From Chthonomonadales bacterium (GTDB taxonomy: Bacteria > Armatimonadota > Chthonomonadetes > Chthonomonadales > CAJBBX01): a DNA stretch of 48,221 nucleotides. The DNA is taken from positions 1 to 48,221 of the forward strand of contig JBMFSQ010000009.1 in NCBI GenBank assembly GCA_049967475.1, in the 5' to 3' direction. Below are positions 1 to 8,654 of the stretch, in pieces; the stretch's first letter is position 1, and the number at the start of each line of letters is the position of its first letter. The translations under genes and the position numbers were made by a program. Under the pieces are notes generated by a model that was not told where the DNA came from, searched no databases, and saw only the letters and a program-made list of their open reading frames with translations.

Positions 1-208
1 GGGAGCCGAGGCGCCGCTTCGGCAGCTTGCCGATTTTGTCCAGGATGGCCTCGGCTGCCTCGGCGCGCTGGGAAGGCGTGAGCAGATACCCTGAGAGTGC
101 TGCCGAGATCATGCCTCCGCTGGCCGCCGTGGCGGAAAGGATGCGCACGAATTCACGTCTGCTCAGCGGTCGAGGATTGGGCGTGGTCGTTTCCGTCTTG
201 GATCCCAT
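1..208 (-). CDS. Tat-signal aldo/keto reductase-fold protein, N-terminal part (runs off window); paralog of 581..1576
   Basis: Not in ORF track. Read by hand from ATG at 208 (preceded by GGAGAAGGAG): MGSKTETTTPNPRPLSRREFVRILSATAASGGMISAALSGYLLTPSQRAEAAEAILDKIGKLPKRRLGS. Has SRREF Tat motif and closely matches the N-terminus of 581..1576 (SQRAEAAEA...GKLPKRR). Confidence 0.85.
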   Translation of the reverse strand, partial: MGSKTETTTPNPRPLSRREFVRILSATAASGGMISAALSGYLLTPSQRAEAAEAILDKIGKLPKRRLGS

Positions 209-581
209 ACGTTTCTCCTTCTCCTTTTGATCGAGCAATCACCTGATCATACTCAGTAGTCCCCATAATGTCCCGAAGCGCCATAAACAGCCTTATCGGC
301 GCCTCGGTTCGGCCGCTGCAGGCGGCAGCTCCGGTCTTGCCGTGCATCCGGGTCGGCCACAAGCCGTCGGACCCTTGCAGCGCCTTGAGTATATGGGCCC
401 AGTGAAGCACGGCCCCGAAATCTGTGTCGTTGGGCCGAGTGCCCCGGCTCAGAAGATCGAGGGCGAGTGTTACCACCCACTCCGTGCGGATATACGCATC
501 CCCTACATTTTCCAGCGGAAGCCCAAAAGTCGCCCATTCCTGCGGTGCGGATCCCCACACCCGCCGACACTCTTCCGGCAT
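153..581 (-). CDS. hypothetical protein
   Basis: ATG overlaps the upstream TGA (TGATG at 579-583), suggesting translational coupling. The 3' end overlaps the next gene by 56 nt. Confidence 0.55.
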   Translation of the reverse strand: MPEECRRVWGSAPQEWATFGLPLENVGDAYIRTEWVVTLALDLLSRGTRPNDTDFGAVLHWAHILKALQGSDGLWPTRMHGKTGAAACSGRTEAPIRLFMALRDIMGTTEYDQVIARSKGEGETYGIQDGNDHAQSSTAEQT

Positions 582-1576
582 CAGCCTTCTAAGGAGAACC
601 CATCCGCGCTGGCGATGCGCTCCGCTACTCCAGCCACGTTCTCCTCGAACTGGTCCATGTTCCGCGTGTTCGTCACCACGATGTCAAAGATCGGCTTGCC
701 GTCCGGCCCCTTCACCCACAGCGCATGGCGAATGAGAGCCCTCCCCGGCATGCCCGGCGCCTTCATCTTCTCCTGCATCTGGGGGTCGTTGCGCATCTTG
801 CCGTTTCCGCCGGACCAGATTTTCATGGCCATCATGCCGATGCCTGCCTTATGGGCCCTTGCGAACACCTCCTCCGTGGCGGCATCGGTGGCGTAGGAAT
901 AGAAGACCTGCATCGTGTCTATGAGCCCCTCGTCAATCTGGGCGGCGATGATCTCCGGATAAGGCACCCAGTTGTGCTGGCTCACACCAAAGTATCTTAC
1001 CTTACCTTCCTTTTTCAAACGTTGGAACGCGCGCAGCGTGCCCCGCTTCTCGCGCATATCTGCCACGGACTTCCAGCCGAAGTGAGCCTTGAAGATATCG
1101 TAGTATCCCAGGCCATTGCGCTTCAACGACTCAGTGACCTGACGATAGGCGCCTTCTTCGTCGTCGGGGTTGTTCGGCGTCGAATCCACGGTGATATCCG
1201 TGATATAGCTTTCCCGCGGCAGCTTCTTGAATTCTTCAGGGAGTTCGGCCCAGTACCCTGCCTTGTGCACGTAATTGATGCCGAGCGACAGTGCCGGCGC
1301 ATACAACTCCGGAGGCCAGTCCTGGCAGATGGCTACCGGTGTAACGCGCATATTCCCCATCCGGGTGCCGAAGCGCCGCTTGGGAAGCTTGCCTGCAGCC
1401 GCTACCATTGCCTCAGCCGCTTCCGCCCGCTGAGACCGGGTAAGCGTACATCCGGCGAATGCAGCCGTCACGAGCCCACCCCCGGCCGCAGCAACCGAAA
1501 GGCGCTCAACGAATTCCCGCCGGGTGAGAACACGACCAACGGGGTTGGATCTACCTGGTTGAGAAGCATCTGTCAT
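581..1576 (-). CDS. Tat-signal aldo/keto reductase-fold protein (catalytic motifs divergent)
   Basis: LTRREF Tat motif; AKR-like segments LPKRRFG, SLKRNGLGYYD, LKKEGKVRYFGVSQH, GIGMMAMK; AAGGAGG RBS. Confidence 0.85.
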   Translation of the reverse strand: MTDASQPGRSNPVGRVLTRREFVERLSVAAAGGGLVTAAFAGCTLTRSQRAEAAEAMVAAAGKLPKRRFGTRMGNMRVTPVAICQDWPPELYAPALSLGINYVHKAGYWAELPEEFKKLPRESYITDITVDSTPNNPDDEEGAYRQVTESLKRNGLGYYDIFKAHFGWKSVADMREKRGTLRAFQRLKKEGKVRYFGVSQHNWVPYPEIIAAQIDEGLIDTMQVFYSYATDAATEEVFARAHKAGIGMMAMKIWSGGNGKMRNDPQMQEKMKAPGMPGRALIRHALWVKGPDGKPIFDIVVTNTRNMDQFEENVAGVAERIASADGFSLEG

Positions 1577-1800
1577 GAAAATGCGCCTCCTTCATCCGAC
1601 ATACCAGCTTGAGCACCACTTCATCAGATTGCCGGCCGAACGCCCCGGCGGCCACCCCAACGCCCAGCGATGCAAAGGCTCCGCGCACTCCTCGAGCCCC
1701 CAGGGACCGCCCTTTCATTGGCGGGCGACAGCTGAGTTACGGCGGTTTCACGGGATATACCGTGGTCCCATGCATCCCTCACAAGCCCCAAGCATCGTCC

Positions 1801-3741
1801 TCAGCTTTGCCCTGAGCCCGGTGTTGCAGGCGCTCCCGGCCCCATGATATCCATCCGCTTCTTGAACTCTTCCTTCGTCTTGGCGTACTCCAGATCCTTC
1901 CCCAAATCCTTCCGCGTGTCCCAGTTCTTACGGAAGAACCCGTCCAGAGGGGTCTCTCGGGGCTCCCTGAAATCGCGGTCCTCTTGGAACGTGTATACGA
2001 CGATGGCGTGATCCGGAAGCACGGGGCAATGGTACTCGCAAATGCCGCATCCGGTGCAGAGCTTCTCATCCACGGTGGGCACGCGCTTCATCCGCCCTTT
2101 GTTGCCGGGATCCGTGATGGGCCGGGAAGGATCTTTCTGCAATGTGTCATCCCAAGTGTCCCGAAAGACCACCGCGGAATACGGGCATACCTCTGCGCAG
2201 ACTACGCAGTCCCGGCCCCCGTTCCAAGCGATGCACGTACTGCGGTTGACGTTGGCTAACCCCATCTTGATCTTGTACCGCTTATCTTGCCACGTAAAGG
2301 GACGTATGGCATGAGTGGGGCACACGTCCCCGCACGCGGTACACTTCTCGGCGCACGGCCCGATGCTGGGCACCAGGATCGGCGTCCAAATCCCCTCCAG
2401 GCCCGTTTCCAGGAAGGCCGGCTGCAACGCATTGGTAGGGCATACCTTCATGCACTCTGCACACCGGGTGCAGGCCGACAGGAATTCGCGTTCCGGCAGA
2501 GCGCCCGGCGGCCGCATCGCCTTGTTGTTCTTTGGATATCGCCGCATGCGGCCCTGGTAGTTGTCTGCACCGGCCTTGGCCGTAGCGCCCAGGAGCAACC
2601 CGGAGCCCACGGCGGCAATCACCCGCCTGCGGCCCAAGTCTATGCTCGTCTGCTCTTCGGGGCGGTCCACCTTTCCCTTCAACGATGGAACGAGGCGCTC
2701 TTTGACGGCCGCCGGAACGCGAGCCTGGATCTGGATTACGTCGGTGGGACAGATGGTTTCGCACCGGAAGCACTGGATGCACTCACTGATGGAATGCTGA
2801 ACCGGCCCCTTTGCGTTGCGGTCCAGGTTCTCGTAACTACCCATGCGGCTCTGGATCTCACACTTCTTGCAATGAATGCATCCATCCATCCGAATGTAGT
2901 GACGCAGCCACGACACACGCGAGATGAGCGCCAACAAGCCGCCATAGGGGCACAGATTGCGGCACCAGAAGCGCTCTTGATAAGCCGAGAGGGCCAGAAT
3001 GCCGATGAAGAACATGAGCACCGGCAATCCGTTGAAATAGACTGCGCTGCTCATGTGGAGCTTCTCGAGTTCCAGACCTGTGAGATGATAGATGCCTTTG
3101 CCGAGGTGAAGCTGGTCGGCGGCATTGAGGATGCCGTTCCAAATGTACGCGATGGGGGCGTAGAAGCAGAATGTAAAGGTGCGCGTGATCAGTGACAGCG
3201 GATCCCCAAACGTGAGCACATCTACGCCGTAGGCCAGAGCGCCGACACCTACCAGCAGATAGATATACTTCCAATTGCGGAAGCGGCGCGTCTCTGAGCG
3301 CTTGCGGTTGTAGAACAGCCGTCCCTTACGGTAGAGGAGCCGGTCTGCGATGTCTATGGTGGTGCCGAGCGGGCAAATCCACCCGCAAAAGATGCGCCCT
3401 CCCCACAATGTGAGCAACAGGATGAACAGCCCGGGGCCCAGTGCGTAAACCGCCACATGGTGCGAAGCGATGGCGTTTTTGAGCGTGTTCAGAAAATCCA
3501 GCAGCATGAAGAAGTTCTTCGGGATCCACCACAGGGACTGCGAGGTTACTGTGGTTAGAAAGAAGAACAGCACAAACAGACTGAACGTGGTTATTTGAAC
3601 GCCCCTGCGGATGGCAACGATGCGGTGGGCGGCCACATTCCCCGGGGCTTCCACCATGCGGCGCTTCTCTTCAGCGGTGAATGGGCGCTTGGCTGCCTTG
3701 AGTGCCGCAGCAGAAGGCATAGGGTTGGTGTCTATAGCCAC
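1801..3741 (-). CDS. membrane polyferredoxin, NapH/MauN-like domain fused to NapG/MauM-like domain
   Basis: TM helices with FCGWICPLG and WCRNLCPYG; CIHCKKC and CIQCFRCETICP; RPPGAL-x-EFLSACTRCAECMKVCP plus further CxxCxxxCP clusters. GTG start at 3741 chosen from AGGAG RBS (ORF track starts at 3828). Confidence 0.9.
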   Translation of the reverse strand: MAIDTNPMPSAAALKAAKRPFTAEEKRRMVEAPGNVAAHRIVAIRRGVQITTFSLFVLFFFLTTVTSQSLWWIPKNFFMLLDFLNTLKNAIASHHVAVYALGPGLFILLLTLWGGRIFCGWICPLGTTIDIADRLLYRKGRLFYNRKRSETRRFRNWKYIYLLVGVGALAYGVDVLTFGDPLSLITRTFTFCFYAPIAYIWNGILNAADQLHLGKGIYHLTGLELEKLHMSSAVYFNGLPVLMFFIGILALSAYQERFWCRNLCPYGGLLALISRVSWLRHYIRMDGCIHCKKCEIQSRMGSYENLDRNAKGPVQHSISECIQCFRCETICPTDVIQIQARVPAAVKERLVPSLKGKVDRPEEQTSIDLGRRRVIAAVGSGLLLGATAKAGADNYQGRMRRYPKNNKAMRPPGALPEREFLSACTRCAECMKVCPTNALQPAFLETGLEGIWTPILVPSIGPCAEKCTACGDVCPTHAIRPFTWQDKRYKIKMGLANVNRSTCIAWNGGRDCVVCAEVCPYSAVVFRDTWDDTLQKDPSRPITDPGNKGRMKRVPTVDEKLCTGCGICEYHCPVLPDHAIVVYTFQEDRDFREPRETPLDGFFRKNWDTRKDLGKDLEYAKTKEEFKKRMDIMGPGAPATPGSGQS

Positions 3742-3854
3742 TGGATCACTCCTGTGTCTTTGTCTCCAAAACGCCGCAGACGGCGACGCTTTATGGCCGG
3801 CCGGACCGCCAGGCCGCCGGTGCGGCACACCCGAAGAAAGGCACCGGCGCCCGT

Positions 3855-4877
3855 TCAGGCGCCCTGCGGTCCGGCAATTTCTTTGATCTTGAGCTTGTCA
3901 CAGTCTATCTCGCCACGCCCAAGACGGTTCGCAATCACTAGGTGGTTCACCTGATCCGGCGTAACCCCTTTCACTGTGAGAAAACGCGTACAGTAGGCAT
4001 CCACAGCCACGGGATCTATGCCGACGACCACTTTGTTGGGAGTGGTAACCTCTCCCGGCCCCTTCGGCCCGCGCGTCTGCAGCGCCCGGGTGGCATCCGC
4101 CACAATCAGCGTGGGCCGCAGATACATGTTCAGCTCTGCGATGCATTCATGCAGACCGTAGCGGTGGTAATCCTTTCGGTTCCAGATATTGCCCATCAAC
4201 TTCTTCATGCTGATCGTGATCGTAGCGGCTTCATGGTCCTTCACTACGGGAATGCATAGGAATGCATCGCAATCCAAGATCTCTTTGGGAAGCTTCTGGT
4301 AGATGCGGTTCTCGGCGTGGACGACATCATACTCGGCGCCGTCTACCGTTTTGGTCGGTACAGCCGACGGAATGTCCACATCACGATACATTGCCACATC
4401 AGTGGGCGAAAGGAGGGTAGCCTTCGTACCCTTCACGGCGTCCTCGGCGCCGCAGATCTGGAACGCCAATTTCCAGTCATCGAGCGTGTAGTCCACACAC
4501 GTGATTTTGGAGGCTCCGGCGCGCTGACACAGCTCCACTACCCTTCGGAGGACGGCCGGATGAGTGGCAGCCGCCTGATCGGGAGTGCGCATCCAGCCCA
4601 TATTGGGGCTTAGGACCACGCGGTCGCCCTTGCGGACAAACTTTTCGATGCCTCCAAACTCATTGATTGCCCGCTCGGTAATGTCGCCGTAGGTCTGGGG
4701 ATTTCCCTCCACCACCACCAGGTCATTCTCGGTGGGCTTCACCGGAGGCCGAATGTTGGGCTTTGCTATGGCATTTTCATCCACGAAGCTCAAACCGTAG
4801 ATGCCGCCCACCAGCGCGGTGCCCCCGGCTATCTCTAGGAACTTGCGGCGGGTGAGCTTCCTTCCGTCATCGGCCAT
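3855..4877 (-). CDS. DUF362 family protein with Tat signal
   Basis: LTRRKFL Tat motif; VVLSPNMGW..PDQAAATHP, PVVKDH, SMKKLMG, DPVAVDAY motifs typical of DUF362. Confidence 0.88.
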   Translation of the reverse strand: MADDGRKLTRRKFLEIAGGTALVGGIYGLSFVDENAIAKPNIRPPVKPTENDLVVVEGNPQTYGDITERAINEFGGIEKFVRKGDRVVLSPNMGWMRTPDQAAATHPAVLRRVVELCQRAGASKITCVDYTLDDWKLAFQICGAEDAVKGTKATLLSPTDVAMYRDVDIPSAVPTKTVDGAEYDVVHAENRIYQKLPKEILDCDAFLCIPVVKDHEAATITISMKKLMGNIWNRKDYHRYGLHECIAELNMYLRPTLIVADATRALQTRGPKGPGEVTTPNKVVVGIDPVAVDAYCTRFLTVKGVTPDQVNHLVIANRLGRGEIDCDKLKIKEIAGPQGA

Positions 4878-4896
4878 TGTTCACACTCCTAACGGG

Positions 4897-5859
4897 TCAA
4901 ACCTTGGCTGCAGCACGCTTCACCAGGTCCTTGGCCTTCACTGCATCCTTGGCACGAACTACAAACACCAGGTACCGCCCCTTCTGAACTGCTACGATCT
5001 GCTTCATAAAGCGGTCCTGCACACTGAAGCCTCCACTCCCGATGCCCGCAACCGGAGCGAGGTGCATGCCCGTCTTTTCGCGGGACTTCCACTCGTTCAG
5101 CGCTCTGGAAGCCGCAGCAGGCGTAGGATATTGAGCAATGAACAGTTCCGCTCCGATACCAAGGCTGGGGTACCGGGCGCTCACCGCATTAGAGAGGAAC
5201 GACTGGCCGGCTGCGTTGCGGAGCGTGTACTTTTCGCTCCTAGGCTGGTATCCCGGCGGAAGGGCCTTGATGAGGGCGGGCATTCCTCCTGCCGAAGGAA
5301 TTCGCGCCGCTGCCGCCAAAGCGAACTTCTCCATGGCGGCCCTGGTCGCCGCCGTCGGAGTACGCTCCACGATGGCGATCCGCACCACGTACCGGCCTTT
5401 CCAAAAGTCCAGCCCCGTGCTTCCGATGCGGACGCCCTCCACTCCGATGCGTACGGGTGTGCCGCTCTGCCGATCAAACCCGAAGAGCCCGAAGCTGTTG
5501 AGCGCATCCGTCATGTCGTACACGTCCACGGTAAGAGAAGGCTGGTTGGCCTTGGCCGGCGCGTACTCACCGTGGGCGCATTGGGTGAAGGCGTATTGAT
5601 TGACGGCATCGGCGCCGCCGTCAATGAGCTGGTAGAGGTTGTCGCGGTTGTAGAGGCGGGCCTTCCCTAGCATCTTCCAGCCCGGTACGGCATTCCCTGG
5701 AGGAAGAACAGAAGCAGGACCTGCAGCAAAGGCAGGCAGACCGACGGCGAGAACCATGGCCAGAGCGGCGCACCACGAGCGACACGCCGCCCCAACGGGT
5801 CGTCGCGTTCTGCCGAGGGTCGGCGGCGCCCCCCGCCAGCCACGAACCCACTTTTGCAT
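4897..5859 (-). CDS. exported DUF6599-like protein
   Basis: Signal-like ALAMVLAVGLPAFA; LYQLIDGGADAV, VDVYDM..ALNSFGLF and FWKGRYVVRI resemble DUF6599, which commonly neighbours DUF362/4Fe-4S genes. Start uncertain (ORF track extends to 6120 into the neighbouring gene). Confidence 0.7.
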   Translation of the reverse strand: MQKWVRGWRGAPPTLGRTRRPVGAACRSWCAALAMVLAVGLPAFAAGPASVLPPGNAVPGWKMLGKARLYNRDNLYQLIDGGADAVNQYAFTQCAHGEYAPAKANQPSLTVDVYDMTDALNSFGLFGFDRQSGTPVRIGVEGVRIGSTGLDFWKGRYVVRIAIVERTPTAATRAAMEKFALAAAARIPSAGGMPALIKALPPGYQPRSEKYTLRNAAGQSFLSNAVSARYPSLGIGAELFIAQYPTPAAASRALNEWKSREKTGMHLAPVAGIGSGGFSVQDRFMKQIVAVQKGRYLVFVVRAKDAVKAKDLVKRAAAKV

Positions 5860-6082
5860 GCCGGGACCCCCTGGCGAAAGATTCGAGTTATTCGGTTCCC
5901 CAGCAAGGCGCCTGTGCCAATCGAAAAAGCGTGCGTTGGACATCTCCGTTTGTTCCTTGTTCCATAAGACGTTTCCGGCGGCATAAGGTTGCATGATACG
6001 CTCGGTTGGCAAAGATGAAACTTGCTTAACCCCATTCCAGAATACCCTCATCCGCGCGGATAGCGGCACTCTGGTGGTGTCC

Positions 6083-7081
6083 TCACATCCACCGGGCGTT
6101 GGGCCCAAAGTCCGCTTCATAATACGCTCCTACCACGCCTCCCGGCTCCGTAAAGGCATCAATGCGCTTGGCATCCTCGTCCGTAATCTCTACTTCCAAA
6201 GCCTTGAGGTTGTCGGCCAATTGTTCGAGACGAGAAGGGCCGATGATGGGGCTTGTGACACCCGGCCGGCGGAGGCACCAGGCCAAAGCAAGCTGGGCCG
6301 GAGTGCAATCCTTCTCCACGGCCATGGCTACCAATTGCTCGATGACGTCGAATGCTCGGGCTGTAGCGCGCGTTTCCGGGGCGCCTTTCTCGTATCTCGA
6401 GCCTGGAGGACCGCCTTCGCCTCGGCGGTACTTGCCCGTAAGCAGGCCTCCGGCCAAAGGCGACCATGGGATGACGCCGAAGCCGTACGTGCGGCACATC
6501 GGCAGGAGCTCGCGCTCGATGCGCCGATCCAGCAAGTTGTAGGGCGGTTGCTCGCAAACGAATCGGTTCAGACCCAGCTCCTTAGCAACCCAAAGGCTCT
6601 CCACGAGCTGCCAGGCCGCAAACGTGGAAGTGCCGATATAGCGTACCTTTCCTGCCCGGATCAGATCATCCAGAGCCCGCAGCGTCTCATCAATCGGGAT
6701 GGAAGGCTGCGGCCGATGGATCTGGTACAGATCAATATGATCGGTCTTCAGCCTGCGCAGGGAGGCTTCGCATTCCCTCATGATGGTATACCGGTGGTTT
6801 CCCCACGCATTTGGGTCATCGTCAGCCATGCGCGCGTGCACTTTTGTAGCCAGCACGACGCGATCCCGCTTCCCCGCAACGGCAAGGGCTTTCCCGGTGA
6901 TCTCCTCACTGGCTCCACGTCCATAGACGTTAGCCGTGTCCAAGAAGTTGATGCCGGCATCCAATGCAGCGTGGATGATGCGGATACTCTCATCCTCGTC
7001 CGTACCCCATCCAAAGTTCATGCAACCCAAGCAGAGCGCACTCACCTGTACGCCTGTGCGTCCCAAGGACCGATACTCCAT
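6083..7081 (-). CDS. aldo/keto reductase (canonical, cytoplasmic)
   Basis: MEYRSLGRTGVQVSALCLG, FLDTANVY, LATK, IDLYQIH, GKVRYIGTS, PWSPLAGG: intact D-Y-K-H tetrad. Confidence 0.95.
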   Translation of the reverse strand: MEYRSLGRTGVQVSALCLGCMNFGWGTDEDESIRIIHAALDAGINFLDTANVYGRGASEEITGKALAVAGKRDRVVLATKVHARMADDDPNAWGNHRYTIMRECEASLRRLKTDHIDLYQIHRPQPSIPIDETLRALDDLIRAGKVRYIGTSTFAAWQLVESLWVAKELGLNRFVCEQPPYNLLDRRIERELLPMCRTYGFGVIPWSPLAGGLLTGKYRRGEGGPPGSRYEKGAPETRATARAFDVIEQLVAMAVEKDCTPAQLALAWCLRRPGVTSPIIGPSRLEQLADNLKALEVEITDEDAKRIDAFTEPGGVVGAYYEADFGPNARWM

Positions 7082-7144
7082 CTGCGGCGCCATCCTTTCT
7101 TGGTTCCTATTCCGCAAGCGGCAGCGCCCTTAACGCCCATCCGC

Positions 7145-7150
7145 TATAAT
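7145..7150 (+). promoter_or_regulatory. sigma70-type -10 element (TATAAT) upstream of SRAP gene
   Basis: Perfect TATAAT 42 nt upstream of the ATG at 7193, in the divergent intergenic region. Confidence 0.55.
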
Positions 7151-7192
7151 ACACAAGGGGCCTTTCGCCCAGAGCCCCTGCGAGAAACAACC

Positions 7193-7837
7193 ATGTGCGG
7201 AAGATATTACCTGACCACGCCGCCCGCTGCACTTATGGAGCGGTTCCAACTGGAACGTAGCGAGGTAGACTGGGCGCCCAATGCAAACATCGCCCCCACC
7301 CAAGCGGCGCCGGTGATCCTCAATACTTTGCCCTACACGCTTGCGGCCGCGCGGTGGGGCCTCGTGCCTTCATGGGCCGATGACGTTCGCATGGGCAGCC
7401 GGATGTTCAACGCCAGGGCCGAAACGGTAGCCGAAAAGCCCGCTTACCGCCGTGCTTTCCGAAGCCGCCGATGCCTGGTCCCAGCCGACGGCTTCTACGA
7501 ATGGCGTGCGCTGGAGAACGGCACCAAAGCGCCCGTGCAATACTCCGCGGCAGATGGAAGCGTGTTTGCATTCGCCGGATTGTGGGAGGTTTGGCAACCC
7601 CCCGGAGATGCCGATCCGCTCCGCACGTTCACCCTTATTACGTGCCCGGCCAACGAACTCGTAGCTCAGGTCCATGACCGGATGCCGGTCATCCTCCCCC
7701 GTGACCAAGAGCGCGCTTGGCTGGACACGGCCGGGTTGCCGCCGGAAGAAGCAGTAACCCTGCTCCGGCCCTATCCCGCGGAATTGATGGCCGCCCGGCA
7801 GCTTCCTCCAGGATCTTTGGCGCTTCGGCGCAGCTAG
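7193..7837 (+). CDS. SOS response-associated peptidase (SRAP, YedK/HMCES family)
   Basis: N-terminal MCGRY (catalytic Cys2), NIAPTQ, WGLVPSW, FNARAET, RCLVPADGFYEW, HDRMPVIL. The real start is ATG 7193 inside the 5993..7837 ORF. Confidence 0.97.
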   Translation: MCGRYYLTTPPAALMERFQLERSEVDWAPNANIAPTQAAPVILNTLPYTLAAARWGLVPSWADDVRMGSRMFNARAETVAEKPAYRRAFRSRRCLVPADGFYEWRALENGTKAPVQYSAADGSVFAFAGLWEVWQPPGDADPLRTFTLITCPANELVAQVHDRMPVILPRDQERAWLDTAGLPPEEAVTLLRPYPAELMAARQLPPGSLALRRS

Positions 7838-7942
7838 CCATAGCAGCGCTCATGCCCGTTGCCGTCGTCCGGTTCCGGGCGCCTCCTCACAAGCCCGTCA
7901 GCGAGCCACGCGGGAGTGTCCGAACCCTCTGCGCTCGCCATC

Positions 7943-8581
7943 TCATGCAGGCCGGGCAGTGCAAACCACGAAGCTCCCTTGGCCGGTCCCCGGCACCACC
8001 GCCCGTTCTGCTTCAACTCCGAAGAGAGCCTGTACCCATGCTTCCACGTGGAAACCCGCCGTGCCGAGCAGGTGTTCCACTTCTGCCGGCGAGTAAAACT
8101 GGGCCACGCGATAGAATGGGTTGGCATCCCTGGCATCTTGGTACCGGCGGCCAAGAGGGCTTTCGCGGTCTACAAACCCGATGATGAGCCGGCCCGACGG
8201 CGTAAGAACCCGGCGTGCCTCCTGCAGAGCCTTAATAGGGTCGTCGAGGAAGCAGATCGTCGTCACCATGACCGAATAATCAAAGACGTTACTTCGGAAC
8301 GGCAGCTCCTCTCCTCGTGCTACAACCGTACGGATGCCACGCTTGTGCGCCTCTGCTGCCATGGCTCGAGCGGGTTCCACGCCGTATTCCACACCCAATG
8401 GTGCAGCAAATCGCCCTGTACCCACACCGATCTCGAGGCCGGTGCCGCCCCGCGGCAGGCATGCCCGCACCGCCTGGAGTTCCGCCTCATATTCCTGGAC
8501 ATGCGCCTCGAACCACGCCTCATAACGTTGCGCCAAGCGCTCGAAAGGCTCAATCCGCACCCGCAGCCTTGCCGGAACCAT
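7943..8581 (-). CDS. class I SAM-dependent methyltransferase
   Basis: LEIGVGTGRF motif I, GEELPF, FD, ICFLDDPIKALQEARRVL. Start uncertain (8581 or 8605). Confidence 0.9.
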   Translation of the reverse strand: MVPARLRVRIEPFERLAQRYEAWFEAHVQEYEAELQAVRACLPRGGTGLEIGVGTGRFAAPLGVEYGVEPARAMAAEAHKRGIRTVVARGEELPFRSNVFDYSVMVTTICFLDDPIKALQEARRVLTPSGRLIIGFVDRESPLGRRYQDARDANPFYRVAQFYSPAEVEHLLGTAGFHVEAWVQALFGVEAERAVVPGTGQGSFVVCTARPA

Positions 8582-8654
8582 TGTCTGCCTCCATCTGCAT
8601 ACCACACCTGTTGGGATACGACTTCACGCCCGCAACGGCACGACGCACCTTGCC

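Noticed and set aside
1619..1720. Hammerhead-like CTGATGA and GAAA on the minus strand
   Set aside because: Required stems do not form and the cleavage-site base would be G.
2847..2880. Cys-to-Ser in ferredoxin motif CIHCKKCEIQS as a sign of pseudogenisation
   Set aside because: Frame and all other clusters are intact; could be a ligand variant, and cannot be judged without an alignment.
5901..5920. Sigma54-like TTGGCAC...TTGC on the minus strand
   Set aside because: GG-to-GC spacing is 12 nt instead of the required 10.
5993..7192. N-terminal 400 aa of the 614-aa ORF 5993..7837
   Set aside because: Antisense shadow of the AKR gene; SRAP proteins begin at Met-Cys (7193).
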